Part shown: positions 9,217 to 19,076 of the stretch, one piece after another
Layout of the letters: every line of letters starts with the position of its first letter
How positions within the stretch are numbered: the stretch's first letter is position 1
Assembly: GCA_963846575.1 (NCBI GenBank)
Contig: CAWJWJ010000002.1
Span: forward strand, 352,001-416,000
From: an uncultured Nitrospiraceae bacterium
GTDB lineage: Bacteria; Nitrospirota; Nitrospiria; Nitrospirales; Nitrospiraceae
DNA: 64,000 nucleotides
Reading direction: 5' to 3'
The notes under the pieces: generated by a model
What the model was told of the DNA's origin: nothing
Database searches by the model: none
Seen by the model: only the letters and a program-made list of their open reading frames with translations
Made by a program: the position numbers and the translations under genes

Positions 9217-9259
9217 TCAGCCCTCCTCGGCCCATGGCCTGTAGCGGGTAACGAATTTG

Positions 9260-9350
9260 TTGTCCCCTTCGAGAGGGACAAGCAGATACGCTCTTCATCT
9301 TGAGTTCAACGTGCCGCCCACAATGTCAGTTGTGGACGGCATGGTTGTTT
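9260..9350 (+). terminator. Two hairpins downstream of the exported protein; the second is a candidate intrinsic terminator
   Basis: TTGTCCC..GGGACAA (9260-9281) and TGCCGCCCACAA..TTGTGGACGGCA (9312-9341) followed by TGGTTGTTT. Confidence 0.45.
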
Positions 9351-9466
9351 ATGCACGCGGCGATTCCGGTCAGATGGCCCGCGTGTGGACCTGTGAGTGC
9401 CCGGTGTAATTTTATCTCTGAATGGAGTCACTGAATCGGCTCGCTCGATCCTGCTAAAATGCTCCC

Positions 9467-12142
9467 ATGGATCTCATCACGACGCATGTCAATGCGGATT
9501 TCGACGGCTTGGCCTCCATGGTTGGCGCGCAAAAGCTGTATCCCGGCGCCATACTGGTTTTTTCCGGGGGGGCGCAGGAGACCGTGCGGAATTTTCTGGC
9601 TACCCATCAGGTAGACATCAGCCGGCTCAAGGATGTGGCGCTCGAACAGGTGCGCCGGCTCATTCTGGTGGATGTTGAGGAGCCGGATCGGCTTGGTCCA
9701 ATGACCATGCTCAGTTCACGTTCAGATGTAGAAGTGCATATCTTCGATCATCATGGAAATCATGGGGGCGACGCAGAACAGCGGCCATCTCCATGGCCCC
9801 TGGTCACGCGTCGACAGGTGGAGGCGGTTGGAGCCACGACCACGCTTGTCGTGGAGCGTCTGAAAGAGCGGCACCTGCCGGTCACCCCCTTTGAAGCGAC
9901 CATTCTGGCGCTTGGTCTCTATGAAGAGACCGGATCACTAGCCTTTCCCTCCACCACTCCGCGGGATGTGGATGCTGCGGCCTTCGTCCTGCGCGCGGGA
10001 GCCGATCTGAACGTGGTCGCAGACACGTTACGACACCCGCTGGATCCCGACTTGATTGCGTTGCTGAACGATCTGCTGCAATCCGGGGAGATCTATTATC
10101 TCGAAGGACGGAAAATACTGGTGGCGGGCAGCACCTATGCGCGCTATCGAGGGGATCTGGCGGAAGCGGTTCACCGCCTGGCGGAGTTGCAGGGCCTGGA
10201 CGCAGTCATCGTCGCAATCGCCCTGGACGACAAGGTTGAAATCATCGGGCGTAGTCGCCGGCCTGAGATCGATATCGCATGGATCGCGCGTGAATTCGGC
10301 GGGGGTGGACATGCCGTCGCGGCAGCCGCCAGTGTGAAAGGGCGGACGCTGGTCGAAGTGCGGGAGCAACTGACCCGTCTGCTGACGCAGCGCTACCGGC
10401 CCGCGCTGTTCGCCCGGGATGTCATGACGCGACCGGTCAAATCGATTGCCGGGGATGCGACGGTCTCCGAAGCCGAACGGACGATGACCACGTGCGGGGT
10501 CAACGTCCTGCCGGTCCTCGACCGGAAAAAGCGGTATGCCGGGATCATTTCACGTGAGATCGTGCAGAAAGCGCTGTTTCATCGCCTGGGGAATCAACCG
10601 GTCGAAGAGTTCGCCAGAAGTGATCAGTACAGCGCGCAACCGGATACGCCGTATCACGACATCGAATCACGGATGATCGAGTTGAATCAGCGTTTCGTGC
10701 CGGTGTTGCTCGGCGACCGGGCCGTGGGAGTCATTACGCGAACCGATCTGCTCCGAACTCTTCATGACGACGTGCTCGTGGCTGCCCGCGCCAAGCCGAA
10801 ATCGCTCATGGGATTGGACTCCATGGACGGGGTTCGACGGCGGGAAGTTGGCGGGCTGTTGCGCGATAGACTCCCTCAGGCGGTGCTGGACCTGCTTCGC
10901 AGGGGAGGCGAATTGGCGGAGCGACTGGGCTTTTCGGCTTATGTCGTGGGAGGGTTTGTGCGCGATCTGCTGCTGGGCATCGATAACCTGGATGTGGACT
11001 TCGTGATTGAAGGCGATGGCATTGCCTTTGCGCGCACCCTGGCTAAAGACAAGGGCGCACGCCTTACGGTTCACGACCGTTTTGGCACGGCGGTGGTGGT
11101 GTTTTCAGATGGATATAAGTTGGACGTGGCGACGGCCCGCACTGAATATTACGAATATCCGACCGCCTTGCCCACGGTCGAACAGAGTTCTATCAAAAAG
11201 GACCTCTACCGCCGCGACTTTACGATCAATACCCTGGCGGTCAGACTCAATCCGCAACCATTCGGCCAGTTGATTGACTTCTATGGAGGTCAGCGGGATC
11301 TCAAGGAACGCAACATCCGGGTGCTTCACAGTTTGAGTTTTGTGGAGGATCCGACGCGGGTGTTTCGCGCCATTCGTTTTGAACTGCGGTTCGGGTTCCG
11401 TCTGAGCAAGGAGACGCTGACGCTGATTAAAGGTGCGGTCAAGATGGAATTATTTCATCGATTGTCCGGCCAGCGACTGTTGGATGAACTGCGACTGCTG
11501 TTTTCAGAGCGGACGCCACGGCATGCAGTCCGCAGGCTGTCGGATCTCGATCTCTTGCGGTTCATCCATCCGAATCTGGTGTGGTCGAGTCGACTGGACC
11601 GGCGGTTGATCGAGCTGGAGGAGGCCTTGGATTGGTACAGGCTTTCCTGCCTCGACCGGGCCATGAGTGGATGGCTGGTGTATCTCATGGCACTAGCCGA
11701 CCTCTTGCCGGACCAATCCGTCCGTGATCTCCTCGCACGATTCCCCTTCACGCAGCCAGAGCGAGACTCCATCACCGCGGCACGATTCCACACGCAGCAG
11801 ATCTGCCGGCAACTCGGCCGGCGCTCGCCATTAAGTCCGTCGGAGACCGTACGGTTGCTGACCGGCCTGTCTAACGAGACTCTCATCTTTCTCCTGGCAA
11901 AAAACAAACCGGCATCGGCGAAGCGGCACATCGCTGCCTACCTCACGACCTATCAGTCCCTCAAACCTGTGTTAACAGGAAAAGACCTCAAGGCACTCGG
12001 CCTATTGCCTGGTCCGCTCTTCAGCAGGATCCTGGCGCGTTTGACGGAGGCACGGCTGGATGGTGAGGTGAACAGTGAGGCGGAGGAACGGGAACTGGTC
12101 AAACAGATCGTCGGTAAAGATCCGGGGAAATCTCAGCAGTAA
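9467..12142 (+). CDS. tRNA nucleotidyltransferase with N-terminal DHH/DHHA1 and CBS domains (likely A-adding enzyme)
   Basis: HVNADFDG/DHH/GGGGH, CBS pair, VGGFVRDLLLG..DVD, RRDFTIN, EDPTR. Confidence 0.9.
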   Translation: MDLITTHVNADFDGLASMVGAQKLYPGAILVFSGGAQETVRNFLATHQVDISRLKDVALEQVRRLILVDVEEPDRLGPMTMLSSRSDVEVHIFDHHGNHGGDAEQRPSPWPLVTRRQVEAVGATTTLVVERLKERHLPVTPFEATILALGLYEETGSLAFPSTTPRDVDAAAFVLRAGADLNVVADTLRHPLDPDLIALLNDLLQSGEIYYLEGRKILVAGSTYARYRGDLAEAVHRLAELQGLDAVIVAIALDDKVEIIGRSRRPEIDIAWIAREFGGGGHAVAAAASVKGRTLVEVREQLTRLLTQRYRPALFARDVMTRPVKSIAGDATVSEAERTMTTCGVNVLPVLDRKKRYAGIISREIVQKALFHRLGNQPVEEFARSDQYSAQPDTPYHDIESRMIELNQRFVPVLLGDRAVGVITRTDLLRTLHDDVLVAARAKPKSLMGLDSMDGVRRREVGGLLRDRLPQAVLDLLRRGGELAERLGFSAYVVGGFVRDLLLGIDNLDVDFVIEGDGIAFARTLAKDKGARLTVHDRFGTAVVVFSDGYKLDVATARTEYYEYPTALPTVEQSSIKKDLYRRDFTINTLAVRLNPQPFGQLIDFYGGQRDLKERNIRVLHSLSFVEDPTRVFRAIRFELRFGFRLSKETLTLIKGAVKMELFHRLSGQRLLDELRLLFSERTPRHAVRRLSDLDLLRFIHPNLVWSSRLDRRLIELEEALDWYRLSCLDRAMSGWLVYLMALADLLPDQSVRDLLARFPFTQPERDSITAARFHTQQICRQLGRRSPLSPSETVRLLTGLSNETLIFLLAKNKPASAKRHIAAYLTTYQSLKPVLTGKDLKALGLLPGPLFSRILARLTEARLDGEVNSEAEERELVKQIVGKDPGKSQQ

Positions 12143-12255
12143 TTCTTTGTGACGAGGATAATGAGAGAGCCGACAGGTGCACCGGTCTCTCCTTCGAGTG
12201 AGCGTACGAGAGCGCCATCGCGTGGTGAGCAGTCGGCGCTTACCTGAGGCGCGTG

Positions 12256-12456
12256 TTATGCCAATGGCTCAACCGGCTCGAGTGCGTCGTCGATTTCGAC
12301 GGGGCGAGCTGTTTTTTCCATTGCGGCGAGAATGCCGTCATAGACGATGCGAGCCGCGTCCGACCATTTCTTGTTGAACGGGCGACCAGTAAAGGCGGCT
12401 TCAGCCGCCTTTTTCTCATCGTGAGTAATCTCTCGAGGTGCCAGCGTAGTGTCCAT
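12256..12456 (-). CDS. Small hypothetical protein (66 aa)
   Basis: Protein-like ORF with a consensus-like sigma70 promoter directly upstream. Confidence 0.6.
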   Translation of the reverse strand: MDTTLAPREITHDEKKAAEAAFTGRPFNKKWSDAARIVYDGILAAMEKTARPVEIDDALEPVEPLA

Positions 12457-12463
12457 ACGAATA

Positions 12464-12491
12464 ATAATAGATCGCTTCAGTGCATTGTCAA
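12464..12491 (-). promoter_or_regulatory. Sigma70 promoter, probably leaderless
   Basis: TTGACA-N16-TATTAT, then 7 nt to the ATG at 12456; no SD. Confidence 0.55.
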
Positions 12492-12522
12492 GGACTCATA
12501 CCATAGACGAGGATCGACCTCC

Positions 12523-13518
12523 CTATGGACGCGTCGTGAAGCCGGACTCAGGGAGAGGTGGCAATATGCGGTTCAATTCAGCCTGTTGCGCTGCAAGGAA
12601 TGCCAACGCCTCGCTCTGAGTGGTGCGCGTGAACGAGAGGTGATCGCCGGGGCATAACTGCGCTGCCGGAGAACGGTCTGCGGCAATCATTGTCGCGAGT
12701 ACGGGATACCCACCGGTTGTCTGGGAATCTGCCATAAGCAAAATCGGCTGCCCGGCGGCCGGCACCTGAATCGTGCCACAAGTCACGGCATGAGATACGA
12801 TGTCGGCCGGTGTTTGATGTGTCAGCGCCGTTCCAAGCAGACAATATCCCATCCGGTCGCATTTCGAGGTCAGCTGATAAGGTTTTTCCGTCAGGACGTG
12901 CAGCGCTTGCGGAGAGAAGCGATCGGCCTGCGGGCCGGGCACGATTCTGACCGTCGGGGAGTTGGAATAGTGCGGCCGATGCGGCAGGGGAAGCGCACGA
13001 CCTACGTATTGTGACGCATGTGCCGGGAGTGCCGCTCCTGTTCCGAGGCGATCTCCCTTTACAAGCGCGCGGCCTCCGAGGCTCCCCACCCGGCTGTGGA
13101 GATGGGTGGATCGGCTTCCAAGGATCAGCGGACCATCAAGGCCCCCCGCAATAGCGATGTAGGCACGGGTCCCTTGTAGCCGCACGCCGAACTGTAACCG
13201 GGTTCCTTTCCGCATCACAATCACCGTCCACATGGGCAGGGGGCAACCATCGCTGGAGGGCGAAAGATCCGCACCCGTGATCGTGAGCGTCGTGGACTGT
13301 TCGAAGAGCAAGTCCGGTCCCTGGACCGTCACTTCCAATCCGGCGGCCTGATCTGGGTTGCCGAGCAAACGATTGCCGACGATGAGCGCCCAACGGTCCA
13401 TCGCGCCGCTGATCGAGACGCCGAACCGTTGATAGCCCAGTCGCCCCAGGTCTTGGATGGTCGTCAACATACCCGGGCGCAGGACCTGGATACAGGGCCG
13501 ATCCTGATCAGATGGCAT
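12523..13518 (-). CDS. pxpC: 5-oxoprolinase subunit C (KipA/AHS2 family)
   Basis: TTIQDLGR.G, GAMD, NRLLGN, DRMGY, GTIQVP..GQPI, QTTGGYP. Confidence 0.88.
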   Translation of the reverse strand: MPSDQDRPCIQVLRPGMLTTIQDLGRLGYQRFGVSISGAMDRWALIVGNRLLGNPDQAAGLEVTVQGPDLLFEQSTTLTITGADLSPSSDGCPLPMWTVIVMRKGTRLQFGVRLQGTRAYIAIAGGLDGPLILGSRSTHLHSRVGSLGGRALVKGDRLGTGAALPAHASQYVGRALPLPHRPHYSNSPTVRIVPGPQADRFSPQALHVLTEKPYQLTSKCDRMGYCLLGTALTHQTPADIVSHAVTCGTIQVPAAGQPILLMADSQTTGGYPVLATMIAADRSPAAQLCPGDHLSFTRTTQSEALAFLAAQQAELNRILPPLPESGFTTRP

Positions 13519-14284
13519 GGTCCAGTCGCATCACAGAAATTTGTCCATCGTCCAGCATCCTCCGCAAAGCATGGCCCAGCCGCAGGGCATCCGGAGTATC
13601 GCCGTGCAGACAGAGGGTATCGATGCGAAGGTGGAGGATGGTTCCGTCGACCGCTGCGAGCGTGCCCTCGTGGATCAGCGAGTGTGCGCGTGAGACGACG
13701 GTTGATTCATCGTGGATCAGAGCGCCCGGCCGGTCGCGGGGGACAAGTTGTCCGTCAGGTTGGTAGCCCCGATCAGCAAATCCTTCGGCGGCCACTGCCA
13801 GCCCGCACGCCGTTCCCGCGGCGAGGAGTTCGGATCCGGCCAATCCGACCAAGATCAACCGCCGGTCGATCCGTTCCAGTCCTACGGCTATGGCATCGGC
13901 CACCGTGCGATTGCGAACGGCCAGGTTGTAAAGTGCCCCGTGGGGTTTGACGTGGGTGAGTCGAACCCCTTCCGACTGACTAATGGCCATGAGCTCGCCC
14001 ACCTGCGAGAGAACCAACTCCTGCACAAATTCGGTGGACAATGGCTGCTCACGACGCCCGCGCGTCTCCTTATCCGGCAGCCCGGGGTGAGCTCCGATGG
14101 CGAGGTCATGCTGACGGGCGAGTTGCACCGTACGACGCATCAGGGCCGCGTTGCCCGCATGGGCGCCGCAGGCGATGCTCACAGAGGTGACGTAGGCCAT
14201 CAGGCGCGCCTCCACATCCAATTGCTCCTGCGTCGACGCCTCCCCTAGATCGCAATTGATGTCGATGGCACGCGGCTGATTCAT
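13508..14284 (-). CDS. pxpA: 5-oxoprolinase subunit A (LamB/YcsF)
   Basis: IDINCDLGE, ACGAHAG, GAHPG, HVKPHGALYN, FADRGY, TLCLHGD; start moved to the ATG at 14284. Confidence 0.92.
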   Translation of the reverse strand: MNQPRAIDINCDLGEASTQEQLDVEARLMAYVTSVSIACGAHAGNAALMRRTVQLARQHDLAIGAHPGLPDKETRGRREQPLSTEFVQELVLSQVGELMAISQSEGVRLTHVKPHGALYNLAVRNRTVADAIAVGLERIDRRLILVGLAGSELLAAGTACGLAVAAEGFADRGYQPDGQLVPRDRPGALIHDESTVVSRAHSLIHEGTLAAVDGTILHLRIDTLCLHGDTPDALRLGHALRRMLDDGQISVMRLDHAI

Positions 14285-14973
14285 GCCTGCTCCGACGAGA
14301 GATTGCGGAATTCCGTTATGTCGATCGGGATAAATTGCACCTGATCTCCGGCGGCGACCAGAAAGGGCTGAGGCCTGGTGAGATCGAAAAGCCGAACAGG
14401 CGTCCGTCCGATAATGCGCCATCCCCCCGGGCTGGGTTGAGGATAGATGCCCGTTTGCTGCCCGGCGATGCCCACCGATCCTGCCGCGACCTGCCTGCGC
14501 GGCGTGGCTAATCGCGGGGCCGTGAGGAGATCCGGTACCAGGCCCATATAGGGAAAGCCGGGGCTGAATCCTATCATGTAGACACGATAAATTACCGACG
14601 TATGCAGGGAGACGACGGCGGAAGGCGCGATCCCGGCATGGTCTGCGACGCCGATCAGGTCTGGTCCCACGTCCCCACCGTAACAGACGGGGATTCGATG
14701 GGTAGTGCGAATTGTCTCTGCCGCCGGTGAAGAAGTGTTGATGAGCGATAGGAGTTGGTCCGTCAAGGCCGCGGCATCGGTGCATAACGGGTTGAAGTAA
14801 ATCGTGACCGCGCAATAGGTCGGTACCACGTCCAGGACGCCGGGAATGGCAGCCCCTTCAACCGTCGCAGCAAAGGCTAACACCAGTGCGTTGGTCTGAA
14901 CGTCGATGGTCGAACCGAATTCGACGGTCACGCCCTGCTCACTGAACGGGACGATGCGTGGGATGATGTTCAC
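14281..14973 (-). CDS. pxpB: 5-oxoprolinase subunit B (KipI/AHS1 family)
   Basis: DVVPTY, IPVCYGG..GPDL, IGFSPGFPY, GSVGIAG.QTGIYP.SPGGW.IIGRT. Confidence 0.9.
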   Translation of the reverse strand: MNIIPRIVPFSEQGVTVEFGSTIDVQTNALVLAFAATVEGAAIPGVLDVVPTYCAVTIYFNPLCTDAAALTDQLLSLINTSSPAAETIRTTHRIPVCYGGDVGPDLIGVADHAGIAPSAVVSLHTSVIYRVYMIGFSPGFPYMGLVPDLLTAPRLATPRRQVAAGSVGIAGQQTGIYPQPSPGGWRIIGRTPVRLFDLTRPQPFLVAAGDQVQFIPIDITEFRNLSSEQA

Positions 14974-15147
14974 AGGTCGCTCGGCGACGAGCCAGTGATC
15001 GAACGTCGCGTCATCATTCGGGCAGAGGATTCCTTTGGATGCCATGCAAGGAAAACACGAGCTGTGGATGCCGCCCAAGGCTACGGGGGAGAAAGTGCTC
15101 TGTCAAGGTGAACGCGGCGCGGCGAGCATGGTATAGTCGCCTCCAAT

Positions 15148-15786
15148 ATGCCAAGGGTAGATTATTATCAGGTGCTCGGTGTCTCCCGCGATGTCACCGA
15201 TGATGACATCAGGAAAGCCTACCGGAGGCTCGTCTTCCAGCATCATCCCGACCGCAATCCGAACAGCACGAAGGCCGAGGAAAAAATCCGTGAAATCAAT
15301 TCCGCCTACGAAGTTTTGGGCGATTCGGAGAGTCGGCGGACCTATGATCGGCTGCATTGGGGGGAGGAGACGCGAAATGAAGCCATTGACCCGTCCTTCA
15401 TTCTCGATGAAATGGAAAAGAAACTTTTCGATGAAGGACGCAAGGAGGTCTTCGCCGTCCTCATGACGATGCTGCCGCGGGTGAAAGCGGAACTGGCGAT
15501 AGTTCGCGAGCGGACGGTGGCGCATCAGGGCTACGACTCATTCAAGGTCTCCATTGTGGACGCGCGCGCGGCTGAGGTGATTGAGGAGTTCGTCACTCCT
15601 GAAATGGAGAAGCGAAAACAACGCCTCCTGGAGGTTGCGGTTCAAATGATGGTGTCGCAGTCGGTGGTGGCGCGTGGAGATGACGCAGGCATTCGAGCGC
15701 TGCGAGGCCAGTTGGATGAGGCGTTTCGAAAGGGTCGGATCAAAGGCTTTGCGACAGCGCTTGAATTGCTGTACGAGCGACGATAA
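15148..15786 (+). CDS. DnaJ (J-domain) protein with an uncharacterised C-terminus
   Basis: DYYQVLGV..IRKAYRRL..HHPDRNP; no Gly/Phe-rich or zinc-finger region. Confidence 0.85.
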   Translation: MPRVDYYQVLGVSRDVTDDDIRKAYRRLVFQHHPDRNPNSTKAEEKIREINSAYEVLGDSESRRTYDRLHWGEETRNEAIDPSFILDEMEKKLFDEGRKEVFAVLMTMLPRVKAELAIVRERTVAHQGYDSFKVSIVDARAAEVIEEFVTPEMEKRKQRLLEVAVQMMVSQSVVARGDDAGIRALRGQLDEAFRKGRIKGFATALELLYERR

Positions 15787-15806
15787 TCGGAGCGGGAGCG
15801 CGGAGA

Positions 15807-17015
15807 TCAGATTTGGGCGAGGGGCCCGGCTACAAATCGCCCGCCCTGCATGACCCCCATGATCCGCTCCCTCTGCAGCAGCCTCCCGATCGTCCTGAGA
15901 GGATTTCCCTCCACCAACAGCAAATCAGCCTGCTTGCCCACAGCAATCGTCCCGATATCCTTGTGTATCCCTAACAATCGCGACGCCGCCGAAGTACTTG
16001 TCATGATCGCCTCCATCGGTGCCATTCCGAACGCCACCATCCGTTCCAATTCCTGGGCATTGTCTCCGTGATGGTTGAATGGCGTGCCGGCATCCGTTCC
16101 GAGGGCAATGGGGATGCCGCGCCGCAGGGCCGCTCGAAAACTTTTTTCATGCTGCCGCACCATATTTTTGGCCTTGGTGCGCGCACTGTCGGGAATGCCG
16201 CACCCCACCGGACAGGCCGCAGTGGTCGCGAGAGCGGACAACGTCGGTACCATGAAGACGCCGCGTTGAGTCATCAGTTCAGCCGCCTCGTCATCCATGA
16301 GCGTGGCATGCTCAATGGACTGAACGCCTGCACGCAATGCATTTTTCATCCCGCTGGCTCCATGGGCATGGGCTGCCACAGGGCGGCCGTGTGCTCTGGC
16401 GACGTCAACGGCGGCCGTCAGTTCTTCGACGGTCATCTGCGCCTGGTCCGGCGAGGTGCCGGGAGTGAGCACGCCCCCGGAAGCAATGAGCTTGATGACC
16501 TCGGCGCCTGCGGCCAACTGATCCCGCACCGCCGCCTGTACGGCTTCGACCCCGGCCGCTTCGCGGCCGATGAAGCGCGCATGACCGCCGGGCATGCAAA
16601 TCGCGAGGCCGGCCGCAAGGATACGGGGCCCCGGCGTCATCCCGGACTCGATGGCTTGCTTCAGGGCGAAGACAGCATGGTCCCGAAATCCCACATCTCG
16701 CACGGTAGTAAAACCGGCGTGCAGCGTGCGGCGAGCCAACTCGGCGGCCTTGAGCAGGGTCAGGGTCGACGAATCCCGTTCCACCGCAGCCACGACGTCC
16801 GCCTCCGCTCCCAGGCACAGGTGAACGTGACAGTCGATGAGCCCTGGCAGGACGGTCAAACCTCGTCCGTCAATACGTCGGGCTCCTTTAGGGATCCGGA
16901 CGCTGCGGTCTGAGCCAACCGCCAGGATACGGCCGCCTTCGATCACGAGAGTGCCTCGCTCAAGTCTGTGGCCGAGGCCGTCGAGGATTCGAATCTGGCG
17001 AATGGCGATGGTCAT
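15807..17015 (-). CDS. Metal-dependent amidohydrolase (Xaa-Pro dipeptidase-like)
   Basis: PGLIDCHVH, GFTTVRD, IK, AHAHG, SIEH, GTDAG. Confidence 0.88.
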   Translation of the reverse strand: MTIAIRQIRILDGLGHRLERGTLVIEGGRILAVGSDRSVRIPKGARRIDGRGLTVLPGLIDCHVHLCLGAEADVVAAVERDSSTLTLLKAAELARRTLHAGFTTVRDVGFRDHAVFALKQAIESGMTPGPRILAAGLAICMPGGHARFIGREAAGVEAVQAAVRDQLAAGAEVIKLIASGGVLTPGTSPDQAQMTVEELTAAVDVARAHGRPVAAHAHGASGMKNALRAGVQSIEHATLMDDEAAELMTQRGVFMVPTLSALATTAACPVGCGIPDSARTKAKNMVRQHEKSFRAALRRGIPIALGTDAGTPFNHHGDNAQELERMVAFGMAPMEAIMTSTSAASRLLGIHKDIGTIAVGKQADLLLVEGNPLRTIGRLLQRERIMGVMQGGRFVAGPLAQI

Positions 17016-17614
17016 GGCATCTCGGTGATGGGAATGGTCACAATGACGCCGCCCATAATATCGTTGAGCTGATAGTCACGGCGCGGACTGTTGGTGTGAT
17101 TATTGTGACAGGACACGCAGCTTTCAGAGACCGCCCGGTCAGCGTAAATACCTTGAAAATACCGGATCCCGGCCTGCTGATAAAACCCGGTATAGGGTTT
17201 ATCCGGGTTTTTTACGACGGCTTCCAGCCCACGCCGTTCGAAGTCACTGTTTGGCCCGTTCCACACGTAAATCGGCGTCAGGCTCGCAAGCCTGAAACTG
17301 AGTTTGAGATCCTTCTGCGCCACCAGACGTCCGGACTCAAGCAGGAATTGGGCTGGTAGCGGAAGGCCCTTCTCCTCTTTCCAATGTTCCAGCGCCTCGA
17401 CCACGCCCTGGTTGTGCAATTTGTCCACGACGTTCTGAGTGTAATTGGCGCGGTTCGCATCGATCACGGCTTGAATGAAGCCGGTGACGCGCTCCGGTGC
17501 CACCATATCGGCCCTATTCGAGTCAGCGACCGCGAGCGCGATCACCCAATACGTGATCGCGGCGACAAAGCCCGCGACCCCAGCTGCCACGATCCATAAC
17601 CCGCTTCGACTCAT
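17012..17614 (-). CDS. Stand-alone DUF3365 (Tll0287-like) c-type heme protein
   Basis: N-terminal TM/signal, LPLPAQF, PIY..NGP..FE, CVSCH heme motif, MGGVIVTIP; GAGGAGG SD. Confidence 0.8.
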   Translation of the reverse strand: MSRSGLWIVAAGVAGFVAAITYWVIALAVADSNRADMVAPERVTGFIQAVIDANRANYTQNVVDKLHNQGVVEALEHWKEEKGLPLPAQFLLESGRLVAQKDLKLSFRLASLTPIYVWNGPNSDFERRGLEAVVKNPDKPYTGFYQQAGIRYFQGIYADRAVSESCVSCHNNHTNSPRRDYQLNDIMGGVIVTIPITEMP

Positions 17615-18825
17615 GCGCTCCTCCTCGCCGACGGCTGTGAGCCGGTATATGTTTCCACTGCCGCTTGCACCGCCTGGCCGGGATGCGTCAGCCACCCTTG
17701 CCTGGTGAAGATTTCCTCCAATGCGTTCAAGAATGTCAGAACATGGGCTTGTTGGCAGGATTCGCCCATGAGGCCGATGCGCCACGCCCGTCCGCGGAGA
17801 GATCCTAATCCTCCGCCGATTTCCATGCCATAGGTGTTCAACAGTTGCGATCTGACCATCGTGTCGTCGACCCGGCCGGGTAGCGTGACACAGTTGAGCA
17901 TCGGGAGTCGATGGCCGGCGTCAGGAAGCGGCCTGAGGCCCAGCGTGGCCAGACCCGCCAGTAACGCGTCGCTGTTCACCTGATGCCGTAGGATCCGGGC
18001 CGGAAGCCCCTCCTCCTGCACGAGTCGCAAGGCCTCACGGAGGCCGTAAAGCATTGAGATCGGCGCGGTGTGGTGATAGGCACGGGTCTGGTCTGCCCAG
18101 TACTCGGCGATCAGGGATACATCGAGATACCAACTCCGGCAAGGGGTTCGTCGCTGGCGAATGCTCTGGATGGCGCGCGGGCTCAGAGTCAGCGGGGATA
18201 GACCAGGCGGACAGCTGAGGCACTTTTGGGTCGCGCTGTAGCAGGCATCGATCTCCCAGGCATCCACTTCAACGGGTATGCCTCCCAGCGAGGTGACGGC
18301 ATCCACAACGCATAACGCATCATGGGCATGGCACAGAGCCCCGACCTCCTGCAGGGGCTGCCAGGCGCCGGTCGACGTTTCTGCGTGGACCAGGACTACG
18401 GCCTTGACCGGAACCGAACGAGAGAGCCGGTCCTGCAGCAGTTCCAAGGGGATCGTCGTTCCCCAGGGCACCTCGATCGGCAAGGCGATGCCGCCATGAC
18501 GTTCGATCATGGTGGACAGGCGGGAACCGAAGACGCCATTCACGCCCACGATGGCGCGATCGCCCGGCTCGATCAGATTCGCGATCACAGCCTCCATCCC
18601 GGCGGATCCGGTTCCGGATAGGGCGATCGTGAAGTCGTTCTGGGTCTGGAATGTCGTGCGAAGGAGGGCCTGGATCTCGTTCATCAGACCGAGGAAGACC
18701 GGATCGAGGTGTCCGAGAAGCGGCAAGGAGAGTGCGTGCAGCACCCTGGGATGCACCATGCTCGGCCCCGGGCCCATGAGGAGCCGGTGAGGGGGAATGA
18801 AGTCATGATCCTGGGCAGTGCTCAT
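17611..18825 (-). CDS. Alanine-glyoxylate/serine-pyruvate aminotransferase (class V PLP)
   Basis: LLMGPGPS, GTGSAGME, HAETSTG, VDAVTSLGG, TQKCLS.PPG, YHHT. Confidence 0.9.
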   Translation of the reverse strand: MSTAQDHDFIPPHRLLMGPGPSMVHPRVLHALSLPLLGHLDPVFLGLMNEIQALLRTTFQTQNDFTIALSGTGSAGMEAVIANLIEPGDRAIVGVNGVFGSRLSTMIERHGGIALPIEVPWGTTIPLELLQDRLSRSVPVKAVVLVHAETSTGAWQPLQEVGALCHAHDALCVVDAVTSLGGIPVEVDAWEIDACYSATQKCLSCPPGLSPLTLSPRAIQSIRQRRTPCRSWYLDVSLIAEYWADQTRAYHHTAPISMLYGLREALRLVQEEGLPARILRHQVNSDALLAGLATLGLRPLPDAGHRLPMLNCVTLPGRVDDTMVRSQLLNTYGMEIGGGLGSLRGRAWRIGLMGESCQQAHVLTFLNALEEIFTRQGWLTHPGQAVQAAVETYTGSQPSARRSA

Positions 18826-19076
18826 CTTCGCTCCTGATCGCATCTCACAATTATCGCAGAACCCCGGAAGGTCCGGCGGGCTGAGGGTGTGATTCTCGAC
18901 CGACCTCAGAATGCGGGCCAGTATAACGAAACCAGGTGAGATTCGGCCATGGGGTTGTCGTCCGGCCCATCCGTCGGGCGGACAGCTGCGGGGAGGCCGG
19001 CGCCGGCATGGCACTCAGTTTCGATTCTCGAAAGGCGGATAGTATATACTCCGGCGCTCGCGAGGACTCCGTGGAT

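Noticed and set aside
14285..14815. N-terminal extension of the 435-aa pxpA ORF as a fusion
   Set aside because: It is an alternate frame over pxpB; pxpA starts at 14284 with an ATGA overlap
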